Source: Candidatus Cloacimonadales bacterium
GTDB lineage: Bacteria > Cloacimonadota > Cloacimonadia > Cloacimonadales > JAIOQZ01
Length of the DNA: 64,000 nt
Direction: 5' to 3'
Assembly: GCA_963662655.2 (NCBI GenBank)
Contig: CAXXTU010000001.1
Location: forward strand, 72,083 to 136,082
Numbering within the stretch: position 1 is the stretch's first letter; each line of letters begins with the position of its first letter. The notes below the pieces were generated by a model. The model was not told the DNA's origin, did no database searches, and worked only from the letters and a program-made list of their open reading frames with translations. Shown piece by piece: positions 20,327 to 30,671 of this stretch. A program made the position numbers and the translations under genes.

Positions 20327-20432
20327 GGTGAGGCACATTCGCCCAATCTCCTCCCTTTACGGCTTATAACGACACAACGTTCGTTGTGTAAGAATACGCC
20401 TCGGGACAAGATTGAACGAATCTGCACTCCCC
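20327..20432 (-). repeat. Family H long-hairpin element, divergent copy H4
   Basis: Minus strand reads GCAGATTCGTTCAATC...GATTGGGCGAATGTGC, matching the H consensus with a compensatory G-C to A-T change. Confidence 0.7.
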
Positions 20433-20496
20433 TGAGGGCAATCACACAATTTCCGCACAGAATGGGAATAAGGACAGAGTAACTCGGCAGGAGACG

Positions 20497-23400
20497 ATGG
20501 AACAGAATTTCGAGAAGACAATCCACGCGTTGAAGCGTAAACAGAATCTGGTATACAGCGCTTACTATGTGATTCTGGCAGCGATGCTCGCGCTGATTTT
20601 ATTCAGCGTGTATCATGGCGGATACCAGATAGTGCTGCTGCGCGGTGGGCTGATCAACGAGCTGCGAGCGATGTTCATTCTCGCGCTGGGGGTCCGCATC
20701 CTTCTGGCACTTCTTTGGATATATCTGGCGATGCAGGCGTGGAGAAGCCTTCTGACTCCCTTCCAGGCGGCGCGCCAGCTCGATGATGATAATGGGGATC
20801 CACACGACACTTATCAGAATGCGTGGGAGCTGAAGCAGGAGACGCCTGACCACCCGCTTTTGGAAAGGGTTCTTGCGCTCGCAGACGAGAAGGCTACGAG
20901 TCAGGCGATATCCCCGAAGACGGACGCGCTTCGCAAAATCACGTTCCCTGCGATCCTCGTTTTCGCGGTAACGCTGATCACGTTGTTCATCAATCCGAGC
21001 GCGCTCGAGAAGAGTTGGACAGCATTTCAGATGAAGGAATACCCACAGGTGAGGCATCAGACGCACATCGATGTCCTACCCGGCGACAAAACCATTTTGC
21101 GCAACGAAGCGATCGATATCGTCGTGGTGAATCCCGAGCCGCAGGTGGAATACTCGCTGCTTTACACGATGGGGGAAGCATGGCGGGAAGTTGCGATGCC
21201 AGAAGCCCACAAGCGATTTACCAACACCGAAAACAGCTTACGGTATTACGTTAAAAACAACTGGGCGGTCTCGGATACGTTTGCGGTGGAGGTCTTTGAG
21301 CAGCCGACGGTCACGCGCATAGACGTACGGTACGATTTTCCGCGATATACCGGCATGGCAACCGAGACGTACATGAATACCGACGGCAATCTCAAGGCGA
21401 TCGACGGAACCGTCGCCACATTGACGGTGGAGACCAACAACCCTATCGAGGACGCCCGTATCGTGCTGAACGACGGATCAACGAACGAGATGGATCGACT
21501 GGGGAAAACCTCGTTCTCGGTCGAAATCCCTATCGAGGATAACGGCAGCTACTACTTCAAGATGATCGACCTGCTGGGAAGCCAGTCGGAGAAACTCGTT
21601 AGAAGCATTACGGCTATCTCTGACAAGGTTCCTGAAGTGCGCATCGCGTATCCGGGACGTGATACCATCCTCACACAGAATCACCTGCTCCCGCTGAAAA
21701 TTCTAGGCGCGGACGACTTCGGGCTGGACGACCTCTCCCTCCACTACGACGTCAACAGCTCCGGCGAGCAGGCGATCGACCTGAACACGAATATCAGGAA
21801 CCAACTGCTGGATTTCGATACGGTTTTCGACCTCACAGCCATGCAGCTATTGCCCGGCGACCGGGTGGTTTACTGGGCAGAGCTCACGGACAACGCGCCC
21901 GACCAGAATTCGGGCGTGAGCAAGCGGTACACGGTCCGCTTCCCGTCCATCGAAGAAATCTACCAGGAGATCGAGAAGCAGGAAGAAGAGAAGCGCGAGA
22001 CCCTGGAAAACACACGGGACGAGGCTAGGGAACTGACCAAGGAGTTCGAGGAAAAACGTCGAGAGCTCATGAAGAAAGAAGAAGCCGATTGGGAAGACCG
22101 GAAGTCGCTGGAAGAAATGATGAAGCGCCAGGAGAACCTCAACGAGCAGGTCGAAAAAGTGGCGGAAGAATACCAGAAGCTCGCGGAGAAATTCAACGAG
22201 AACGATGCGCTCTCGCAGGAAACCCTTCAGAAGATGGAGCGCATCCAGGAGCTGATGGAGCAAATCAGCAACGACCAGCTGAAACAGGCCATGCAAAAGA
22301 TGCAGCAAGCGATGGAAAATATGAAGATGGAGGACATGCAGAAGGCCATGGAGCAGATGAAATTCTCCATGGAAGAGTTCATGCAGAAGCTCGATCAGAC
22401 CATCGACCTGCTGGAAGATATCAAGAAGGAACAGGCGCTGCAGAAGTCCGCCGAGATCGCCGAAGAAATGCTGAAGATGCAGCAAGACCTGAACCAGCGG
22501 ACGCAGGAAGGCAAAGAATCTCCCGAGCAGCTTGGCAAGGAGCAGGAGAAAATCGGCGAAAAGCTGGATAACCTCGAGAAACAACTGGATAAAACCGGTG
22601 AAATGCTCGACCCGAAAAAGGACGGGGAGCTGCAGAAGATGATGGAGGAACTCCAGAAGATGATGCAGCAGGACAGCCTTTCGAAGGATATACAGGAGAG
22701 CTCCGAGAACCTGCAGAACAAGCAGATGAAGGACGCGATGAAATCGCAGCAGAGCGCTGCGAACAAGATGCAGAGCATGCTGGACAAGATGAAAATGATG
22801 CAGTCGATGATGTCGGGCGGTATGCAGGCAGAAATCGGAACGATCATTCAGGACAGCATCGCAAGGCTGCTCTTCTTCTCGCAGATGCACGAGCGATCAT
22901 CCAGACGTTACGTGCGCGATCCCTTCGTGATCATCAACGATCAGCTCGCCAACTTCGAAGGCATTCAGCTTACCCTGCAAAAACTCTATTCAGTGCCGAT
23001 GATAGCGCTGTTCCTGCACCCAAAGTTCTTCTCGGACGCATCGGGAACCGTGAAAGATTACCAGACACTATTCACCACAGTCAACGATGCTCCCAACCAG
23101 CGAATCACGGCCAACCTTGAGGATATCCAGGAAGGAATCAACCTGATGATCTACGACCTGATGCAGTCCGCCGCATCGATGTCTCAAGGACAGGGCGGTG
23201 GCATGCAAAGCATGATGCAACAGCTCCAACAGATGAGCGGCGAGCAGATGATGCTCAATTCGCTTACCCAGCAACTTCTCCAGCAGATGCTTTCCGAGGG
23301 CAAGATGTCCGGCAACGCGCGATCCGAACTGGGTCGTCTCGCGGGTGACGAAGAGCGAATTGCCGAAAACATGCGCCGCATGATGCAGAACAACCCCGAC

Positions 23401-23766
23401 GCCATGAAGGGCGGATCGGGTCTTGAAAAAGCTGCGCAGGAACTGGAGGAAATCGCGAAAGATATGCGCTACAACCGGCTGGACCAAGAGCTCGTGGATC
23501 GCCAGCAACGCATCCTGTCCCGCATGCTGGACGCACAGAAATCGATTCACGACCGTGACCACTCCAAGAAACGCAAAGCGGAGGCCGGGAAGGAACAGGA
23601 TTGGGAGCTCCCGGCAGACTTGCAGTTGCGCTTCGAGGAGTTCAAGCGCAAGGCCCTCCTTCAGGATGACTACAAGGCCTACCCGAAAGAATATCAGGAA
23701 GTGATTCTGGAATATCTCCGGCAGCTCAACGAACGTTCGCTGGAGAGAAGCGGAGGTTCCGAATGA
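20497..23766 (+). CDS. DUF4175-like membrane-anchored long coiled-coil protein
   Basis: N-terminal TM helices, Ig-like middle region ('ADDFGL', 'PGDRVVYWAELTDN'), Met/Gln/Glu-rich coiled coil, 'RQQRILSRMLDAQKS'. Confidence 0.75.
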   Translation: MEQNFEKTIHALKRKQNLVYSAYYVILAAMLALILFSVYHGGYQIVLLRGGLINELRAMFILALGVRILLALLWIYLAMQAWRSLLTPFQAARQLDDDNGDPHDTYQNAWELKQETPDHPLLERVLALADEKATSQAISPKTDALRKITFPAILVFAVTLITLFINPSALEKSWTAFQMKEYPQVRHQTHIDVLPGDKTILRNEAIDIVVVNPEPQVEYSLLYTMGEAWREVAMPEAHKRFTNTENSLRYYVKNNWAVSDTFAVEVFEQPTVTRIDVRYDFPRYTGMATETYMNTDGNLKAIDGTVATLTVETNNPIEDARIVLNDGSTNEMDRLGKTSFSVEIPIEDNGSYYFKMIDLLGSQSEKLVRSITAISDKVPEVRIAYPGRDTILTQNHLLPLKILGADDFGLDDLSLHYDVNSSGEQAIDLNTNIRNQLLDFDTVFDLTAMQLLPGDRVVYWAELTDNAPDQNSGVSKRYTVRFPSIEEIYQEIEKQEEEKRETLENTRDEARELTKEFEEKRRELMKKEEADWEDRKSLEEMMKRQENLNEQVEKVAEEYQKLAEKFNENDALSQETLQKMERIQELMEQISNDQLKQAMQKMQQAMENMKMEDMQKAMEQMKFSMEEFMQKLDQTIDLLEDIKKEQALQKSAEIAEEMLKMQQDLNQRTQEGKESPEQLGKEQEKIGEKLDNLEKQLDKTGEMLDPKKDGELQKMMEELQKMMQQDSLSKDIQESSENLQNKQMKDAMKSQQSAANKMQSMLDKMKMMQSMMSGGMQAEIGTIIQDSIARLLFFSQMHERSSRRYVRDPFVIINDQLANFEGIQLTLQKLYSVPMIALFLHPKFFSDASGTVKDYQTLFTTVNDAPNQRITANLEDIQEGINLMIYDLMQSAASMSQGQGGGMQSMMQQLQQMSGEQMMLNSLTQQLLQQMLSEGKMSGNARSELGRLAGDEERIAENMRRMMQNNPDAMKGGSGLEKAAQELEEIAKDMRYNRLDQELVDRQQRILSRMLDAQKSIHDRDHSKKRKAEAGKEQDWELPADLQLRFEEFKRKALLQDDYKAYPKEYQEVILEYLRQLNERSLERSGGSE

Positions 23767-25493
23767 AGCGATTCATCTTGATTGCGCTGCTGCTCGTAAT
23801 TACGGCTGGAGCCCTCCACGCCCAGTACGATATCACCAAAATCTATATGGAACGCGCTCGCAGCATGGAGATGCGGCGTCAATTCGACGAAGCCAACCAG
23901 ATCTATCGCGAGCTGCTCAAGGATAATCCAACCCATGCTCCGGCCATTGAGAAGCTGATTCGCAATCTGCTCCTGCAATCGAAGACCGAAGATGCCTCCG
24001 AGGTCATGCAGCAATACGGAAGCGCGCTGCCGCTCGCCGCTCGCGTCCGCAACCAGCTATCGATCATCCTGAAAAACAGCGACTTCAAGGGCGCGGAGCG
24101 ATACGCCAGAGAACAGGCGAAACAGCATCCGGACGATATCGCCCTGCACAGTGAAATCTCGGCGATATTCGAGGCCTACCGCGAGTATTCCAACGCGATC
24201 CACTACCTGCTGAAGGCTCGCGAGATATCCGGCATCGAAGACAGCTACCACCTGGAATTATCCAGAATGTACCAGGCCGAAGGGCAATTCGATGAAGCGA
24301 TACCCGAACTCTTTGCGCAGTTGAAAAGTCAACCCGGGTATTTCCACTACGTGAACCGCCAGATCAAGGAGATGATCCTGGTGAAACCGGATATCGTGAA
24401 TGTAATCAGAGATAAAACGCTCGAAAGCGGCGATCCGCTTCTCGTCGAGATTTACGCCAAGGCGTTGATCGAAACAGGCGATTTGGACGCAGCGTTCAGG
24501 ATTTACAATGACCTCGCACCGGAGAAACTGCTCTCGTTTGCCGATGAACGCGTTGCTGCCGGCGACTACCTGCTGGCGCAACGGGCATATAACAATTTCA
24601 TCGCCAAGACGCCCAATGTTCTGAATACCGCGGATGCACGTATCATGCTGGCGCGGATCGCGATCGCGCAAGACAGCCTCCGGCTGGCGGAAGAGATTTT
24701 GCAGGATATTCGAAGCAATGCCGATCTGAGCAGGGGGTCCAATCTTTACCGCCTGAAGGCCAATCTTGAAGCTCGGGAGCTCCTCGCCAATCTGGCGTTG
24801 ATTCAGCAGAAGGAATCCGACGTGGTCGTTGAATTTCTCAACGAGGCCGTCGCCTGCACGATGAATCACCGCGAGAAGAAACGAATTGGATTCGAGATCG
24901 TGAATTTCTATCTGCTGAACAAGCAATTCGAGCAGGCGGACAACGAGCTTTCCCAGATTCTCCGCGGCGAAGAAACCGGCTCGGAGACAGAGACCACGAG
25001 CTTCTACTATCGTTTCCTTTCATATGCCTTTCAGAGCGACGCACGAGCGGATACGCTCCTCAACATGATGATCGTCCGCGATGCAGGCATGGAAAACGTG
25101 AACGACGCGCTGAACCTCACGAACATGATCAAGGATCTTGGAGAAGAAGAACGGGCTCTGTTTCTCGACGCTTTCTGCGCGTTCAGTCTGTTCCGGTTTG
25201 ACGAGGCTTTTGCGAAGATATCTCAGCTCATCGAGAAGAGCAACGGGGAGGCGTACCGATTGCTGGCTACCGAGTGGGCCATCATGAGTGGTAGAAAGCA
25301 GTATGCACTCGAGTTACTCGAGTATCCCTACGAAAACGAGATTTACGCAGGTTACGCAAACCTCTTGAAGCTCGATTTGGCGGATACCCCGCAGCAGAAG
25401 CAGGACATCGCCATCATGTTCCTCACCGAGCACGATCAGAGCGTGTTCGCTCCAGCCGTGAGAGGCTACATTCAGACGAAATCTTCAGAATAG
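23763..25493 (+). CDS. Secreted TPR-repeat protein
   Basis: Signal peptide and helical repeats; ATGA overlap with the upstream gene. Confidence 0.75.
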   Translation: MKRFILIALLLVITAGALHAQYDITKIYMERARSMEMRRQFDEANQIYRELLKDNPTHAPAIEKLIRNLLLQSKTEDASEVMQQYGSALPLAARVRNQLSIILKNSDFKGAERYAREQAKQHPDDIALHSEISAIFEAYREYSNAIHYLLKAREISGIEDSYHLELSRMYQAEGQFDEAIPELFAQLKSQPGYFHYVNRQIKEMILVKPDIVNVIRDKTLESGDPLLVEIYAKALIETGDLDAAFRIYNDLAPEKLLSFADERVAAGDYLLAQRAYNNFIAKTPNVLNTADARIMLARIAIAQDSLRLAEEILQDIRSNADLSRGSNLYRLKANLEARELLANLALIQQKESDVVVEFLNEAVACTMNHREKKRIGFEIVNFYLLNKQFEQADNELSQILRGEETGSETETTSFYYRFLSYAFQSDARADTLLNMMIVRDAGMENVNDALNLTNMIKDLGEEERALFLDAFCAFSLFRFDEAFAKISQLIEKSNGEAYRLLATEWAIMSGRKQYALELLEYPYENEIYAGYANLLKLDLADTPQQKQDIAIMFLTEHDQSVFAPAVRGYIQTKSSE

Positions 25494-25506
25494 TGCGGCT
25501 GCGTTC

Positions 25507-27888
25507 TTACTCCGATCGGAGGAAATCGATCAACTTCGTGCGATGCAATCTCAGCCAGTGGATGACAACGGCGGATAGAATCAACACGACAACAATGAAC
25601 AATCCCATGAAGTAATCAAGCACGGTCAGGCTTACCCTACTCGCGAAACCTTCCAGCCAGCGATTCAACAAGTAGTGCGTTACCGGTATCGTGATACCGA
25701 GTGACACGCCGAGCAGGATCATGTAATTGCGTAACATGTACTTCAGCGTATCCCAGGGCGTGGCTCCCAGCACCTGCCGTATCGCGAGATTCTTCATTTG
25801 ATGACGCAATGTATAGGCTGTCAGCCCGAAGATGCCGACGAACGTGAAGAACATCCCGACGATCGCGACAAACACCATGAGTTTCATGAAATTGCGCTCG
25901 GGATCGCATTGATGGGTAACTTCCCAGTTTGTATCGTACATCGTGGCATAGAAGAAGTTCTCGCGCGCTTTGTCCTTGAATATTTCCCATAGCTGCTGGC
26001 GCGCCGCGGTCTCCATGCCCGGAGCAATCCTGAAGTTGAAAAAGGATTCGTAGAAGTTCTGTTTGCCATATACGATGGGCTCGACATTCTTGCGCAGTCC
26101 TTCCCAGTAGGAATCTTCCACCACGCCGATAATGGGTCCGTGGTAGTATAGCATCCCTTCTCTGTCTTCGCCCATCTCGATCTCAGTTCCGAGCTCGATT
26201 CCATGATGGCCGTACAGTTTCATGAAGGCTTCATTCACTACAACGCCGGTGGTGTCATGGAAATCCCAAACCCGCCCCTGGACCACGGGGATGCGATACA
26301 TATCAAAGAAATCACCGCCCAGCAACCCGAGCCTGCATTGTGAATACTGAATCCTGGACTTTGCGCTATGAATCGTCAGCTTTGTCCTTTCCAGCTTCCG
26401 CGAGGGCATGAAATTCGAGTGGGATACTTTTTCCACCCCGGGGATAACTTTCGCGCGCTCCATAACTTCATCGTGGAAGCGATCGGCATTCAGCATCAGG
26501 TAGAAGCTTGTAACGCCTTTGGGGTCATAGCCCGGGTACTTGTGATCCAGCAGGTGAATCTGCCGGATCAACAGCATCGCGCTGATTATGAGCACCAGCG
26601 AAACCGTGATCTGGGCCAGCATGGCGAGCTTCCAGTGACTTGCAGAGCGCTTTCGGTACATGATCATGCGTGCAATGAAGGAGGGATAAATTACAATGAC
26701 AATTCCCGCTGCCGCCAGCCCAACGGCTATCCAGGATATCGTTTTGGCCCAGTTGATGTTCTCGATGGTGTATCCGGGAATCACGACATTCAAATATGGC
26801 AATAAAAGGTAGATCACGAACGCGGCGAGGCCGACCATTCCCAGATACAGAATCAGGTGCTCGCCGATGAACTGGCGGAAGATATCCCCTGCTCCAGCTC
26901 CAACATTACGCCGGACGTCGATCTCTTTCTTGCGGCTCATGGTACGTACCGTCAGAAGAATCATACTGTTGGTCACGAGCACCATCAGTATGGCGAACGC
27001 CACGATCGCGTATTTGATCAATTCCCCTTTATCGAATGTCTCGAACTGGGTAACAAAAGTCTTGTCGTAATGCGTTTCATCCATGCGCACAACCCTGAAC
27101 GAGAATTCCAAATCGTCTATCATGTCTGCGATGAGAGCTCGATTCTCTTCCACAATTTTACTCGCTTCATCCGCCAATATCTGTGGATCCGTTCCTTCCT
27201 GGAGAACGACATAGGTTTGTTCCGTATAGAAGAAATCATCCGGCGATTCTATCACTGTTGTGGAATCGCCAACCTCATGATTGTAATCATAAGTGAAGTA
27301 ATCGCCCTGTATGTGCTGATTGTGCGGGACATCCTCGAAAACCCCGGAGATGGTATATCGATGAATCTTGTTTCCCTTAACGTTGAGCATTAACTGCTCA
27401 CCGCGAGGATCGGTATCTCCAAATATCTGAAGCGCTCGAGAACGGGAAATGAGAAGCGCTTTACTATCTTCCAGGCAATCATCCCAAGTTCCGTAGACCA
27501 TCTTGAGGTTGAGCTTTTCGGGTACGTTCTTCGAGCAGAAAATGATGTCGTTCAATGGGACGCTTTCATCGTTATGGGTGAAAAGCAGCTTGAAATCGAT
27601 GGGGTTTACGATAAACCAGTCTTTGATTTGCGGCACTCTATTCCGGAGTACTTTGAAGACTTCTACCGACATCCCTGGGGAGCTGTATTCAATTTCACCG
27701 TACTGGGTCATTTCTATCCGCCAGATGTTTTTGTAATCGTGTATGTGCTCGTCCCATGAGAGCTGATACGAAATATGGATGGTCAACAGGATAAAAATCG
27801 CGATCCCGGTAACCATGCAGATGGTCAGAATCGTGCTCAGTAGTGGTTCAGTAAACCAGATACGCAGCAATCGAGGGATGTTTCTCAT
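25507..27888 (-). CDS. ABC transporter permease, FtsX/MacB-like (divergent)
   Basis: 'SRKKEIDVRRNVGA', 'GIFGLTAYTL...LAIRQVLGA', C-terminal 'FLRSE'. Start placed at ATG 27888 after GGAG. Confidence 0.8.
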   Translation of the reverse strand: MRNIPRLLRIWFTEPLLSTILTICMVTGIAIFILLTIHISYQLSWDEHIHDYKNIWRIEMTQYGEIEYSSPGMSVEVFKVLRNRVPQIKDWFIVNPIDFKLLFTHNDESVPLNDIIFCSKNVPEKLNLKMVYGTWDDCLEDSKALLISRSRALQIFGDTDPRGEQLMLNVKGNKIHRYTISGVFEDVPHNQHIQGDYFTYDYNHEVGDSTTVIESPDDFFYTEQTYVVLQEGTDPQILADEASKIVEENRALIADMIDDLEFSFRVVRMDETHYDKTFVTQFETFDKGELIKYAIVAFAILMVLVTNSMILLTVRTMSRKKEIDVRRNVGAGAGDIFRQFIGEHLILYLGMVGLAAFVIYLLLPYLNVVIPGYTIENINWAKTISWIAVGLAAAGIVIVIYPSFIARMIMYRKRSASHWKLAMLAQITVSLVLIISAMLLIRQIHLLDHKYPGYDPKGVTSFYLMLNADRFHDEVMERAKVIPGVEKVSHSNFMPSRKLERTKLTIHSAKSRIQYSQCRLGLLGGDFFDMYRIPVVQGRVWDFHDTTGVVVNEAFMKLYGHHGIELGTEIEMGEDREGMLYYHGPIIGVVEDSYWEGLRKNVEPIVYGKQNFYESFFNFRIAPGMETAARQQLWEIFKDKARENFFYATMYDTNWEVTHQCDPERNFMKLMVFVAIVGMFFTFVGIFGLTAYTLRHQMKNLAIRQVLGATPWDTLKYMLRNYMILLGVSLGITIPVTHYLLNRWLEGFASRVSLTVLDYFMGLFIVVVLILSAVVIHWLRLHRTKLIDFLRSE

Positions 27889-28012
27889 AATCAACTCCAA
27901 TCAACAATAATCCAAATCATTTCTTAGCGGCATCGAAATACACTCGGAGAGAAGCGGTCCCGCTTTCCATGCATTAGGCGAGTGTATTTCGAGAGAGAAG
28001 AGCGAGCACCGA

Positions 28013-30406
28013 TCACTCGGTTCGCAAGAATTTAATCAAATTGGATCGGTAAAACCTGATCCAGTGAATCACAACAGCGAGCAGAATCAGGATGATACCA
28101 GCTATCAAAGCCGCAGCGAAATCGAGCGCTGTCAGACTGATACCGTTGCTGAAACCCTGCAACCATTTTTGCAAGAGGTAAACCGCGATGGGGATCGAAA
28201 TCCCGAGCGCGATACCGAGCAGAGCAAGATAGCTTCGCAGCAGAATCCAAATCGTGTCGATCGACGATGATCCCAAGACCTTTCGAATGGCGAGGTTCTT
28301 CATTTGACGGCGCAGAGTGTAAGCCGTCAGACCGTAGATCCCCACGAATGTGAAGAACATGCCCAGCGCAGCGATGAAGACCGTCAAACGCATGAAATTC
28401 CGTTCAGGATCGTACTGGTGGGCGACTTCCCAGTCCGTATCGTACATCTCCGGGAAAAAGATGCCGGTATACGCGTTGTCTTCCAGTATTTCCATGATCT
28501 GCTTCTGAGCTTCTATCTCTCTTGACGGCGCAATCCTGAAATGATAGTAAGCGCCGATATCGCCTCCGCGTTTAAAGACAATCGGGGCGGCGGTGTAGCG
28601 CATACCGCGCCAGTAGGTATCCTCCACAACTCCGATAATCGGCCCCTCGAACGTGGCCCCTTCCGGATCACCCGAGCCGATTTTTACATGCGTCCCCATG
28701 CCGATGCCGTGCACCGCGAATCTGTCCATGAAGGTACGGTTCACCAAAACGCCTGTCGAGTCGGAGTCCTCCCAAACATGGCCCTGCAACAGGTCGATGC
28801 GGAAGACGTCGAAGAAGTTGGCCTCGACCATCCCGAGTCCGCACTGCCGGTAGTTGCCAACGGACTTATGACCGTGGATTGTCACCGACTCCTGGAAGTA
28901 GTACATGACCGGTGTGAAATTCAGGTAGGTTGAGGATGTAACCGATTCTACGCCCGGGATTTTCATGATCCTGTCGATATCCTCTTGTGGAAGCTGGCGT
29001 GCGCCGGCCCCAAGGTAAGAGGTGATCCCGCTCGCATCGAAGCCCGGACTGCGATCGGTGAGAAAATGAACCTGGCGGAACAGAAGAATCGCGCTGACCA
29101 TCAAGATAATCGAGATGATGAGCTGTATCAGCATGGCGAGCTTCCAGTAGTTCGTCGACCGCTTTCCGAAGTGGATCGTTCGCGCCACCAGCGCCGGATA
29201 AACGACGATGATCGCTCCGGCTGCGAGAAGCCCGAGCAATGAGACGTAAACCGTCTTCTGCCAGTTCGTGTTATCGACGGTGAATCCGGGGATAATGAGA
29301 TGCAACCACGGCAGGATCGTGTGGATCAAGAAAGCGGAAAGCGCGATCATCAGGCAGTAGAGCCACAGGTGTTCCTTCACGAACTGGCGCAGAATGTCCG
29401 AACCGCTCGCGCCCATGCTTCGGCGGATGTCGATCTCCCGCCTCCGGCTCATGACACGCACCGTGAGCAGGATCATGCTGTTGGTGACCAGCACCATCAG
29501 AATCGCCAGCGCCACGACGCCGTACTTCGTCATCTTCCTGCGATCGAACTTCGGATAGTCGAAAATCTCGTCCGTGTTGTCGTCGTAATGGATATCGTCC
29601 AGCCGTGTCACCCGGAAGGAAACCTTCTCGCCATCCGCGAGGTCTTCGATATTCCCCCGGTTCTCCTCGAATATACGGTACGCTTCGTCCACAAGGATTT
29701 GAGGATCCGTTCCTTCTTCCAGAACGGCGTAGATTTGTGTCGTAAGCCCAAAAGTGGTTGGATTCTCCCAGACCGTGGACGTTCGGTCGAGATCGTAGCG
29801 GTTCATATAGCCGTAGGCTTCGCCCTGCAAATGCTGATTTTGCGGTTGATCTTCAAACACACCCGAGATAGTCACGCGAGGCACCAACATCCCATCATCC
29901 CAAACCAGGAGCCTCTCACCGGTAGGATCGATATCGCCGAATATCTCCTGCGCCTTCGAATGGGAGATGATCATGGATGTTTCATCCGGAAAGCAGTTGT
30001 TTCGCGTGCCGTAGACCATCTTGAGGTCGAGCAGCTCGGGGAAATTTCTCGAGCAGTAATTGATGTTGTCGAATATGACGTTCCGATCTTCATAGATGAA
30101 ACTGTGCTCGATCAGAACCGGAAGAATCATATACCAGTCGCGAATCTGGGGTAATCTCCCCAGCATGGCCCGGAACATCTCGTTCGAGATGGTGGACGAG
30201 CGCTCGATGTTGTTCGACTCGCGCGTCATCTGGATGCGCCAGGTGTTCTCGCAGTTCGGAAGATGTTCATCCCAGGAAAGCTGGTAGGTAATATGTATCG
30301 TCAGGAGCACAAAGACGGTGATGCCGACAACCATGCACAGCATCAGGATCAGGCTCAACAGCGATTCGGAAAGCCAGAAACGAAGAAACTTCGGGACCTT
30401 GTACAA
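28013..30406 (-). CDS. ABC transporter permease, FtsX/MacB-like; tandem paralog of 25507-27888
   Basis: Shares 'HIxYQLSWDEH', 'AILMVLVTNSMILLTVR', 'DPERNFM', 'MFFTFVGI' with its neighbour. Confidence 0.8.
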   Translation of the reverse strand: MYKVPKFLRFWLSESLLSLILMLCMVVGITVFVLLTIHITYQLSWDEHLPNCENTWRIQMTRESNNIERSSTISNEMFRAMLGRLPQIRDWYMILPVLIEHSFIYEDRNVIFDNINYCSRNFPELLDLKMVYGTRNNCFPDETSMIISHSKAQEIFGDIDPTGERLLVWDDGMLVPRVTISGVFEDQPQNQHLQGEAYGYMNRYDLDRTSTVWENPTTFGLTTQIYAVLEEGTDPQILVDEAYRIFEENRGNIEDLADGEKVSFRVTRLDDIHYDDNTDEIFDYPKFDRRKMTKYGVVALAILMVLVTNSMILLTVRVMSRRREIDIRRSMGASGSDILRQFVKEHLWLYCLMIALSAFLIHTILPWLHLIIPGFTVDNTNWQKTVYVSLLGLLAAGAIIVVYPALVARTIHFGKRSTNYWKLAMLIQLIISIILMVSAILLFRQVHFLTDRSPGFDASGITSYLGAGARQLPQEDIDRIMKIPGVESVTSSTYLNFTPVMYYFQESVTIHGHKSVGNYRQCGLGMVEANFFDVFRIDLLQGHVWEDSDSTGVLVNRTFMDRFAVHGIGMGTHVKIGSGDPEGATFEGPIIGVVEDTYWRGMRYTAAPIVFKRGGDIGAYYHFRIAPSREIEAQKQIMEILEDNAYTGIFFPEMYDTDWEVAHQYDPERNFMRLTVFIAALGMFFTFVGIYGLTAYTLRRQMKNLAIRKVLGSSSIDTIWILLRSYLALLGIALGISIPIAVYLLQKWLQGFSNGISLTALDFAAALIAGIILILLAVVIHWIRFYRSNLIKFLRTE

Positions 30407-30671
30407 TCAACTCTCTCCTCAAAATCAGTGGAATAATTTCATGCAACAATTGTGCCGCATTTCTTAAAATATTGCAAATTGCAGCCTGTACATTGCAAGA
30501 TAATCGGTTACGCGCTCGCTTCGGAAACCGGCGGCCGGGAAGCGCATTCGGAACCGCCGTCACACCCGGCACTACCGTTCATGGAGTGTTCGGATTCGCA
30601 CGCGATGAAAAAACATAGACAAAATCGCTCCTAATTTTTTTCTGCCGTAAGATTTCGTAATCGGAGGCGAC

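Noticed and set aside
21950..23420. Met/Gln/Glu-rich quasi-repeats in the DUF4175-like gene
   Set aside because: Explained by coiled-coil protein composition, not a DNA repeat element.
30505..30610. GC-rich, possibly structured leader upstream of glyS
   Set aside because: Only short, ambiguous stems (CGGCGG/CCGCCG, CACT/AGTG); no match to families A or H or to a T-box.
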